NCBI GenBank assembly: GCA_963664115.2
Contig: CAXWPJ010000011.1
Location: 1-64,000 of the forward strand
DNA: 64,000 nucleotides
Source: Terriglobia bacterium
Lineage (GTDB): Bacteria > Acidobacteriota > Terriglobia > 20CM-2-55-15
Direction: 5' to 3'
The position numbers were made by a program, and so were the translations under genes. The notes below the pieces were generated by a model. The model made no database searches and was not told the DNA's origin. It worked only from the letters and a program-made list of their open reading frames with translations. Below, piece by piece: positions 55,521 through 64,000 of this stretch. How positions within the stretch are numbered: position 1 is the stretch's first letter; each line of letters opens with the position of its first letter.

Positions 55521-55567
55521 TTGGATTTCACCACTTTTCGGGACCAATCACCACAGCTAGTGACCAT

Positions 55568-55930
55568 ATGAGCCTATCCAGCGCGACCCCTATTCTTAGA
55601 ATCTTCGACGAAGCAAAAGCGAAGGAATTCTATGGCTCTTACTTGGGGTTTTCCGTGGACTGGGAGCATCGGTTTGGTGATGAGTTCCCTCTGTACATGC
55701 AACTGTCCAAAGATAACTGCGTCCTTCATCTTTCCGAACACCACGGCGACGGGACGCCAGGGAGCGCGATTCGCATCGAAACTGATGACGTTGGTGCTTT
55801 GAATCAAGAACTACTGGACAAGGCCTATCGATACGTGAAGCCAAGCGTCGAAGAGAAACCGTGGAACACAAAAGAGATGACGATCACCGATCCGTTTGGC
55901 AATCGATTGATCTTTTTCGAGAACGAATAG
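55568..55930 (+). CDS. Glyoxalase/bleomycin-resistance superfamily protein
   Basis: EFY..YLGF.VDWEHRF, HLSEHHGD, DPFGNRL. Confidence 0.88.
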   Translation: MSLSSATPILRIFDEAKAKEFYGSYLGFSVDWEHRFGDEFPLYMQLSKDNCVLHLSEHHGDGTPGSAIRIETDDVGALNQELLDKAYRYVKPSVEEKPWNTKEMTITDPFGNRLIFFENE

Positions 55931-55942
55931 CCCTGAAATCCG

Positions 55943-55982
55943 TTCTCAAGTCCTGAGAAATCATCTTCTCGGACGTTGAACT
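55943..55982. repeat. 40-bp palindromic repeat copy
   Basis: ttctcaagtcctgagaaatcatcttctcggacgttgaa. Confidence 0.93.
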
Positions 55983-56005
55983 CCAGACTGGTACTCTCTT
56001 CAGTA

Positions 56006-56917
56006 ATGCCTACCGGTAAACCTTGGCTACCTGAGCATATCGTGATGCCAGATGCGGCCGTTCGTCTGATCGAAAGCCAATTCCCGGAGCTTCGACCTGC
56101 GCATATCCAACTTCTAGGTGAGGGTTGGGACAATACGGCCTACGTAGTGAACAGGACTTGGGTTTTCCGGTTTCCTCGCCGAGAGATAGCGGTGGAACTG
56201 CTGCAGACGGAAACTCGCGTCCTTCCTCGAATTGCAGCTCAGTTGCCTTTCCCTATCCCAGTACCAAGATGGGTTGGTAAGCCAACACAAGAGTATGATT
56301 GGCCGTTTGCGGGCTATCGCTTTCTTCCAGGCACCACGGCACTGAGTGTTGGATTGACGCGAGAGCAGAGGAAGGAACTTGCTGCTCCCTTAGCGAATTT
56401 CTTAGCAACTCTACATGCCATTGATCCGGGAGATCTGGAAATTCCGGGAGATAAATTTGGCCGAGCTGACATGGGAAAACGTATTCCACAGTTGCTCTCA
56501 AGTCTTCTGACGATTCGAGGAAAGGGATTGGTTGCTGACGTTTCACCTTGGGAACGGATCGTTGAACAGATGTCATCGGACTTTCAACCGCGGTTGAACA
56601 CATTGTCACACGACGATTTTTCAGCGGAGCATATCCTTGTGGACAACTTTGGACTGCCAAGCGGCGTGATTGACTGGGGCGACATCCACCTAGGAAGCCC
56701 CAGTATGGATTTGGCTATTGCGTTCGGTTTTCTGCCACCCGAGGGTCGCGAAGTATTTTGGGATAGCTATGGAGCCGTCGAAAAGCCGATCCAAATCATG
56801 GCGCGATTTCGTGCTCTCCACGCCGCCGTCATTGGTGTCCTATATGGCGATGATATTGGCGACACTGCTCTCCTGCGCGAGAGCTTATTGGGGATGGACT
56901 TCGCGATAGAGTCGTGA
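56006..56917 (+). CDS. Aminoglycoside phosphotransferase (APH) family kinase
   Basis: GEGWDN, VFRFPR, HDDFSAEHIL, IDWGD. Confidence 0.88.
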   Translation: MPTGKPWLPEHIVMPDAAVRLIESQFPELRPAHIQLLGEGWDNTAYVVNRTWVFRFPRREIAVELLQTETRVLPRIAAQLPFPIPVPRWVGKPTQEYDWPFAGYRFLPGTTALSVGLTREQRKELAAPLANFLATLHAIDPGDLEIPGDKFGRADMGKRIPQLLSSLLTIRGKGLVADVSPWERIVEQMSSDFQPRLNTLSHDDFSAEHILVDNFGLPSGVIDWGDIHLGSPSMDLAIAFGFLPPEGREVFWDSYGAVEKPIQIMARFRALHAAVIGVLYGDDIGDTALLRESLLGMDFAIES

Positions 56918-56959
56918 CCGAGACAATTCCTAGAACTAGACTACGGGAAGTCAGTCCGC

Positions 56960-58344
56960 GAGTTATTGTCAAAAGTGGTGTTTAGGAGATTGATTCAAGC
57001 GGCGGCCTGATCGACTTGTGTCGCTTCGACACCATCGTTGAATTTCACTCCGATGATTACCTTGCTCAGATCATCGAATCCTCGTAATCGTCGCCAATTG
57101 TTCTCAGCGCACTGGCCCAGTTTGAACATCATGTGCAGCATGCCATCCCGTGTCAGGCAACCTCTGGATCGCTTCGTTCGGTGTCGAATGGTGGCAAAGG
57201 TCGACTCAATGGGATTCGTCGTTCTGATGCTCTGCCAGTGCTTGGCCGGAAAGTCGTAAAAGGCCAGCAGTTCCTCTCTGTCTTTCTGCAGGCAGAGTGT
57301 GGCTTTCGGATACTTCGGTTCATAGGTTTCAATGAACAAGTCGAATGCCTTCTCGGCGTCTGCCTTCGTCTCGGCCTGCCAGATCGAGTGCAGGGCCTGT
57401 TTCGCCTTCGCCTGGACCGACTTGGGCAGGCAGTTGAGGACGTTCATGACTTTGTGCATCCAGCAACGTTGTTGACGTGTCTCGGGATAGATTTCCTCCA
57501 GTGCGGCCCAGAACCCCATCGCACCGTCACCGATGGCCAACTTCGGAACATTCATCCCACGGGACTTCAGCTTCAACAAGACCTCGCGCCAACTCTGTGT
57601 CGATTCCCGTACACCGTCTTCGATCGCCAGGAAACGCTTCTCTCCGCGTTCATTCACGCCGATCACGACCAATGCACACAACTTGGTTTGTTCCGCCCGA
57701 AGTCCGCTGTAGATGCCGTCGGCCCAGACATAGACCCAGCGATCTGCATCCAAACGCTCCTCGCATCCGAGGCGGTACTGTTCGCCCCAAACCTGTTTCA
57801 ACCGCGATACCGTGCTCGCCGACAGACCCTGCGCCTGGGGACCGACAAGAACTTTTAGGGCCTCACCCATCTCGCCGCTGGAAACGCCTTTCAAATACAA
57901 CCACGGCACCGCTGCTTCCAGCGACTTCGTCTTCCGAATGTACGGTGGTACCAGGGCCGATCGGAACGTCACAGCTTCGCCCGTCTTGGCACGGACCTTC
58001 GGGATTTGGACTGTTACCGGACCCAATCCCGTCTGCAGTTCGCGTTCCGGCAGATAACCGTTGCGTACCACCCCGGCGTTTCCTGTCTCAGTTCGCCGGC
58101 CACCGTGCTGGGATAGCAGCTCTGCCAATTCGGCTTCCACTGCGCGTTGGATCAGTTGCTGTGCCCCAACTCGTAGTAGTTCTGTTACTGGATCCTCAAT
58201 CGTTTCTCGACCTTCCGGTCCATTCACGTTACTCTTGCTCACAGTGGCGTATCTCCTATGGTTGCTTTGAAGTTTTGTCACAACAAATCAACCAGATACG
58301 CCGCTCTTATTCAATCCCTCAAACACCAGATTCGGTTATAACTC
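56960..58344 (-). mobile_element. IS256 copy 5 with 9-bp target duplication TCAGTCCGC
   Basis: Duplication at 56951-56959 and 58345-58353. Confidence 0.95.
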
Positions 58345-58370
58345 TCAGTCCGCACGGTAGATGATCTAAC

Positions 58371-58410
58371 CGCTCAAGTCCTGAGAAATCATCTTCTCGG
58401 ACGTTGAGAA
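58371..58410. repeat. 40-bp palindromic repeat copy
   Basis: ctcaagtcctgagaaatcatcttctcggacgttgagaa. Confidence 0.93.
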
Positions 58411-58572
58411 TTGGCAGCGCCGGGCAGAAACAACCGAGTCCGTCGAGTCATCCCCTAAAACCAACAACTTAGAGCCGAGGCGGTGGGGCGAGTCGCTATC
58501 GAGGCGGACGAGGTGTGTGGCTCGGTTGCGTCGGTGGTTTCACCAGCCTGTGGCACGTCCCCATCGCGGCCA

Positions 58573-58995
58573 TTACTCTTCCTGATAGACCCACGCACCA
58601 ACCAACGATGCAACTGGTATTTCAACGACAGTCCAGATCCAGTGCACCAGCACACCGCCGATAGGAATCAGGTCGAACCTGAGCAAAGCGGCATAAGGCA
58701 CAAGGTCGATCGAGATCCAGTAGAACATTCCGCCAAGGATGGCCGTCGTTGAGCCCGCGCCGAATCGAGGACGGAGCGCTGCGTATAGCCAGACGATCAA
58801 TATGCCCAGTGCTGCGGAGTAGACCGCCAAGAAAACGAGCCCCTCCGTCTGGCCAAGGCCCTGTAGACCATGGCTCTCAATAAATCCAACGATCTGTTCT
58901 CTCAGCACTAGAATCCGTGCAGCCGTGCTAACGAATACGATCACACCGGCCAGTAATCCCCCCAGCACAACACGTCCTGTTTTGATGGAACTCAT
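58573..58995 (-). CDS. Four-helix membrane hypothetical protein
   Basis: Hydrophobic segments; WLYAALRPRFGAG; GAGG ribosome site. Confidence 0.75.
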   Translation of the reverse strand: MSSIKTGRVVLGGLLAGVIVFVSTAARILVLREQIVGFIESHGLQGLGQTEGLVFLAVYSAALGILIVWLYAALRPRFGAGSTTAILGGMFYWISIDLVPYAALLRFDLIPIGGVLVHWIWTVVEIPVASLVGAWVYQEE

Positions 58996-59276
58996 GTCGT
59001 GGCCCTCCTCGACGGCGGTTGGTAAATTGTGGCTACGTTACCCGATCTTTGCGTTGGGGCATAATCATTTGCACTAGTCGGATCGGCAGGCGCGAGAGGG
59101 TGCCCCAGACGCCCTAGTTGACCCAGCATTTCCACTCCATTCTATATTTACTTACAGAACTTCACCGGGATAGAGATTGTTAGGGCAACTGGGTCACTTG
59201 AGGCAGATCGGGTGTGCCCTATGGTTCAGGCTGGCTGGGCTCTGCTAGCATGACGGTCAGAGTCTGAGAAGGGCAC

Positions 59277-60014
59277 GTGTCAATGAAGAGAACGAACCGC
59301 GACTACTGGAACGCCACAAGCGATGGCTACCAAGATGCTCATGGGGACAGTCTCTCCGCAACAGCGTTGGCTTGGGGTGTGTGGCGAATCCCTGAATCTG
59401 AACTGGGGATTCTTGGAGCCGTCAAAGGGGTCGATATTCTTGAACTTGGTTGCGGAGCTGCTCAGTGGTCGATTGCTCTTGATGAAGTCGGTGCACAAGT
59501 TGTAGGGATCGACTTTTCGGAGCGACAGCTGAAACATGCCCGAAAGAGTTCGGAGGTTATTCCCCTAGTGCAAGGTAGTGCCGAGTCTCTGCCTTTTAAC
59601 GCTGAATCATTCGTCATTGTCTTCTGTGATCACGGCGCGACAACTTTTTCGCCGCCCGAACTGACAGTTGCAGAGGCGTCGCGGGTGCTCAGGCCCAGTG
59701 GTATTTTCGCGTTTAGCATGTCGAGTCCGATTCGCGACATTTGTTGGGACGCGAACGAGGACAGAGTTTCGTCACAACTCGCTGCTGATTACTTTGGTCT
59801 GCACGCCATAGAGGATGGTGACCAAACGTGCTACCAGCTGCCCTACGGTGGGTGGATTCGACTGTTTCGTCAACACGCCCTTCAGGTTGAGGATCTTGTC
59901 GAACTACGAGCACCGAATAATGCCGAAACTACCTATTCGGATTTTGTGCCGAGGTCGTGGGCCGAGCGGTGGCCTGCTGAAAACATCTGGAAGCTCAGGA
60001 AGCTCGCCATCTGA
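59277..60014 (+). CDS. Class I SAM methyltransferase
   Basis: ILELGCGAA, AESLPF, RVLRP. Confidence 0.88.
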   Translation: MSMKRTNRDYWNATSDGYQDAHGDSLSATALAWGVWRIPESELGILGAVKGVDILELGCGAAQWSIALDEVGAQVVGIDFSERQLKHARKSSEVIPLVQGSAESLPFNAESFVIVFCDHGATTFSPPELTVAEASRVLRPSGIFAFSMSSPIRDICWDANEDRVSSQLAADYFGLHAIEDGDQTCYQLPYGGWIRLFRQHALQVEDLVELRAPNNAETTYSDFVPRSWAERWPAENIWKLRKLAI

Positions 60015-60116
60015 AGCATGCCCCTCCAGATCTACGTCGATGCCTACGCAGGCTACCGAGCCAACGAGCGGCCCAAGCAGATTACGCTCGACGACGAAAT
60101 CCATGAAAATCGATCT

Positions 60117-61103
60117 TCACATAATCGTCTTGTGTGCTCTTGAACCCCTCTTCAACTCGCCGAAAGGAACTGAGAATACCCCCTCTTCGCCAAGCAATCG
60201 ACGCCTGAGGCGAAGAAAATCGACGAGTGGAATCTCTCCCGACAGAATCACCATCAAGTCATGTCCGCTCATGGCGAAGAAGGTAGCCTGTTTTCCACGG
60301 ACGATGGCCTGTGAAGCATCTTGGCTCATTCCATTCAGTGCGATGAGCAGTCCCCGAGTGTACGCGGACTTACCTTCAATCTTTCCTCTGAAAACTAGGA
60401 GTTCTGACTCTGGCACCGGTTGTTGTACCCATTTTGCCTCAAGCAAGTAGACTTCGTGATCCAATTCAAATGAGCCATCTATCTGCTCACCGAGGACCCG
60501 AAAAGGCTTGCGTGGTGCGAGGTCAGATGCTTCAAAAAGCTTGTTGAGCAATCGTTCTAACTCGAAACCTGCAGCATTTCTATCGACCATCGTGCAGAGT
60601 TCTAAGAGTTGGTTCTTCAGCTGTTCAAGCTCTTCGTTTCGCCGATCTCGCACAGTTGCTTGGGTTTTCTCCCGGCGAATCGCTTCCTCAAACAATTCCT
60701 TAGCTCGATCACCAGAGTCATATGACAGCGAGACGAGGAGATCGGGATCCCAAAGCTCTGGGAACTTGAATCCAACTTCGAGGATTAGTCCGTTTAGTGA
60801 CTTAATTTCCTCTGATCTAACCGGATTGCCCTTTTTTTGCCGATAGGCAATGCCTTGATTGACAATTTCTAGGATGAGCCGCTGGAAGTAACCTCGATCA
60901 TTTTCGAGCGTACGTCTAATCAAAGTAGCGATTGCCGCGGTCTTGCTTCCACCGGGCCAGTTGTCTCCAACTCCAGCCTTGGCTGCAACGGAGGCAAACG
61001 TGACGTGATTCTTCCATTTGCGATTGCCGGAGCCAGGCAGAAAGTCATACAGCAATTCCGCCATGGCAGCGAGAGCGACCGATTCTTTGGGTGTTAGGGG
61101 CAC
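60117..61103 (-). CDS. Mrr-like PD-(D/E)xK restriction endonuclease domain protein
   Basis: GFELE...EQIDG...LLEAKW; start codon uncertain. Confidence 0.78.
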   Translation of the reverse strand: MPLTPKESVALAAMAELLYDFLPGSGNRKWKNHVTFASVAAKAGVGDNWPGGSKTAAIATLIRRTLENDRGYFQRLILEIVNQGIAYRQKKGNPVRSEEIKSLNGLILEVGFKFPELWDPDLLVSLSYDSGDRAKELFEEAIRREKTQATVRDRRNEELEQLKNQLLELCTMVDRNAAGFELERLLNKLFEASDLAPRKPFRVLGEQIDGSFELDHEVYLLEAKWVQQPVPESELLVFRGKIEGKSAYTRGLLIALNGMSQDASQAIVRGKQATFFAMSGHDLMVILSGEIPLVDFLRLRRRLLGEEGVFSVPFGELKRGSRAHKTIM

Positions 61104-61149
61104 ACTCCACCTCAGACCCGGCTGCACGCACGGGCGACGTACGCCGAGG

Positions 61150-61354
61150 CATGCCTGCGAAGCGTTGCAGACAGATAACAAACATTCTGTCGGACAGGTG
61201 GACAAGTCAGGGGATTTCGCCGGCATTACTTGTGGTGAGCAGCGTGAAGCCGCCGTGTCCGAGAGCACAGGATGGTCGCGTCATTCGGCGGATCTTGATC
61301 GACCGGCAGGATCTGGATGCGTTTATTGACCGGAACAACGAGACAATGGGTTGA
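61150..61354 (+). pseudogene. Possible excisionase/helix-turn-helix remnant
   Basis: C-terminal RRILIDRQDLDAFI motif only. Confidence 0.4.
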
Positions 61355-61515
61355 GCTTTAGACAAGAGGCGTAGTCTGCGTCACGTTCACGCCACCGCTC
61401 CGTGATACCCTGCCAGCAAGGATTCCCGCCGAAAATACGTCTTCTTTGGAGAGTGCGTTGGGGAACGCTCTTAATTTGGAGGGGGACGTGCGTCAAAAAG
61501 ATATTCTGAACAGTC

Positions 61516-62150
61516 GTGAATAAGGTGATGAAAGTCAAAGTGGACCGAATATGGCCAACTGCCATTTCATTTGTGTTGATCTGGCATTTGTCGATCACAC
61601 CTGCATTGGCAGCTCAGACTCAATATCCATTACTGAACGAGTCACGTCAGATCGCAGCAGGGACGTTTGTAGAGCTTAACTTTGAGGTTGGCTCAGATGT
61701 CGGAGCGAGACTCGTGGGTAGCGTCAGTGCACAGGGAGGCGCAGGTAACGACATTCGCCTGTGGGTCCTTTCTGAAGATGAACGAGCCCAGTGGGCACCG
61801 GGGCGACCAGTGCTTGCCCCTACCTATTATTCTGGCCAACTAAGTGTGATCAATCTCGACGTACCACTAGAAGAAGGCCAGTATTATGTCCTTCTCGACA
61901 ATACCTTTTCGATTTTTTCCACGAAAACTGTAGCCGCGAATCTGGCAGTTCTTGTAGGCCCTCCATCAATTGCGAGTGTGACAACAGCTTTCAAGAAGAC
62001 ACGACGGCCGGTGAGCCATGCGAGACGGCTCTGGTGCTCTCCATCGGCGATCTGAAAGGCTTGGCTCATATTGGTGTAATTCAGGCGTTGAAGGATCGGG
62101 GAATCGAGATCAACTGCATCTTCGGGAACAGCATGGGTTCGTTGGTCGGC
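61516..62150 (+). pseudogene. Secreted protein continuing by frameshift into a patatin-like domain, truncated by IS256
   Basis: ALVLSIGDLKGLAHIGV and GNSMG in the shifted frame. Confidence 0.7.
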
Positions 62151-63535
62151 GAGTTATTGTCAAAAGTGGTGTTTAGGAGATTGATTCAAGCGGCGGCCTG
62201 ATCGACTTGTGTCGCTTCGACACCATCGTTGAATTTCACTCCGATGATTACCTTGCTCAGATCATCGAATCCTCGTAATCGTCGCCAATTGTTCTCAGCG
62301 CACTGGCCCAGTTTGAACATCATGTGCAGCATGCCATCCCGTGTCAGGCAACCTCTGGATCGCTTCGTTCGGTGTCGAATGGTGGCAAAGGTCGACTCAA
62401 TGGGATTCGTCGTTCTGATGCTCTGCCAGTGCTTGGCCGGAAAGTCGTAAAAGGCCAGCAGTTCCTCTCTGTCTTTCTGCAGGCAGAGTGTGGCTTTCGG
62501 ATACTTCGGTTCATAGGTTTCAATGAACAAGTCGAATGCCTTCTCGGCGTCTGCCTTCGTCTCGGCCTGCCAGATCGAGTGCAGGGCCTGTTTCGCCTTC
62601 GCCTGGACCGACTTGGGCAGGCAGTTGAGGACGTTCATGACTTTGTGCATCCAGCAACGTTGTTGACGTGTCTCGGGATAGATTTCCTCCAGTGCGGCCC
62701 AGAACCCCATCGCACCGTCACCGATGGCCAACTTCGGAACATTCATCCCACGGGACTTCAGCTTCAACAAGACCTCGCGCCAACTCTGTGTCGATTCCCG
62801 TACACCGTCTTCGATCGCCAGGAAACGCTTCTCTCCGCGTTCATTCACGCCGATCACGACCAATGCACACAACTTGGTTTGTTCCGCCCGAAGTCCGCTG
62901 TAGATGCCGTCGGCCCAGACATAGACCCAGCGATCTGCATCCAAACGCTCCTCGCATCCGAGGCGGTACTGTTCGCCCCAAACCTGTTTCAACCGCGATA
63001 CCGTGCTCGCCGACAGACCCTGCGCCTGGGGACCGACAAGAACTTTTAGGGCCTCACCCATCTCGCCGCTGGAAACGCCTTTCAAATACAACCACGGCAC
63101 CGCTGCTTCCAGCGACTTCGTCTTCCGAATGTACGGTGGTACCAGGGCCGATCGGAACGTCACAGCTTCGCCCGTCTTGGCACGGACCTTCGGGATTTGG
63201 ACTGTTACCGGACCCAATCCCGTCTGCAGTTCGCGTTCCGGCAGATAACCGTTGCGTACCACCCCGGCGTTTCCTGTCTCAGTTCGCCGGCCACCGTGCT
63301 GGGATAGCAGCTCTGCCAATTCGGCTTCCACTGCGCGTTGGATCAGTTGCTGTGCCCCAACTCGTAGTAGTTCTGTTACTGGATCCTCAATCGTTTCTCG
63401 ACCTTCCGGTCCATTCACGTTACTCTTGCTCACAGTGGCGTATCTCCTATGGTTGCTTTGAAGTTTTGTCACAACAAATCAACCAGATACGCCGCTCTTA
63501 TTCAATCCCTCAAACACCAGATTCGGTTATAACTC
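62151..63535 (-). mobile_element. IS256 copy 6, no target duplication
   Basis: Identical transposase 62186-63472 and inverted repeats. Confidence 0.95.
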
Positions 63536-63945
63536 ATCTCTCTCAGCCTTTCGGTTTCAAACTCGTTCAGATCGTAATCTGTGAAATCGGGATCTCGATA
63601 CATCATGTACGCTTGCAAGAATCGGGAGGCGGAGGCGCGATAGGGTCTGCCGTTTTTTCCTTTGACGAACCCCAAGAGTTGCGTGATGAACCAAGTATTC
63701 CATCGATTCCGAAACGGATGCTTCTTAGCTTCCTTGAGGTGGTTGAGAACGTAATCGCCGTAGCCGTCCAGAAGATCAGGAAGAAAATCAAACAGCCGTG
63801 GATCAATCTCGACTTTGTCCCTTTGACCAGCGGCTTTGTATTCCAATCGAACAGGTCGCTCGTCTCCAGTGTTTGCGTCCCTTGCCATGTGCTTGAGGAA
63901 CACTTGAGGAATGACCAGTGCAGGAGTCGCGTTAAGCTCACGCAT
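63536..63945 (-). pseudogene. Hypothetical ORF truncated by IS256; may start outside the window
   Basis: Open frame runs into the IS end. Confidence 0.4.
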
Positions 63946-64000
63946 CTCCTCAACGACTTCCCGTATGCGCTTGACGGCCCCTTTGGTCTCACCGATCTCT

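Noticed and set aside
54773-58410. CRISPR array reading of the 40-bp palindromes
   Set aside because: Intervals are gene-sized and variable, orientation flips across the window, and no cas genes are present
1075-58410. Canonical integron call
   Set aside because: No IntI integrase or attI is visible, and the repeat lacks paired RYYYAAC/GTTRRRY ends

Overview
A bacterial accessory region heavily loaded with mobile elements. The gene types (DUF6152-like secreted proteins, 'VLNWFEELK' kinase tails, amidase-GerMN-rph-rdgB-tRNA-Pro) suggest Acidobacteria, which is an inference. It holds six IS256 copies, three IS110/IS1111 elements of two types, IS630, an IS1380 nested in an IS4, IS6 remnants and a nested group II intron. 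A short housekeeping block (about 46.8-52.5 kb) ends in tRNA-Pro. The main unexplained signal is a dispersed ~40-bp imperfect palindrome, TTCTCAA-GTCC-T-GAGAA-ATCATC-TTCTC-GGAC-G-TTGAGAA, present in about 17 copies. It separates single-gene units, is mostly co-oriented with them, and marks the exact end of a duplicated gene segment. Both IS1111 types and a group II intron have inserted into it, and each IS1111 carries matching guide-like sequence in its non-coding region. Several copies are linked to an orphan kinase C-terminal tail. This looks like a non-canonical, integron-like cassette system, but no recombinase is visible in the window. All coordinates and alignments were read by eye.
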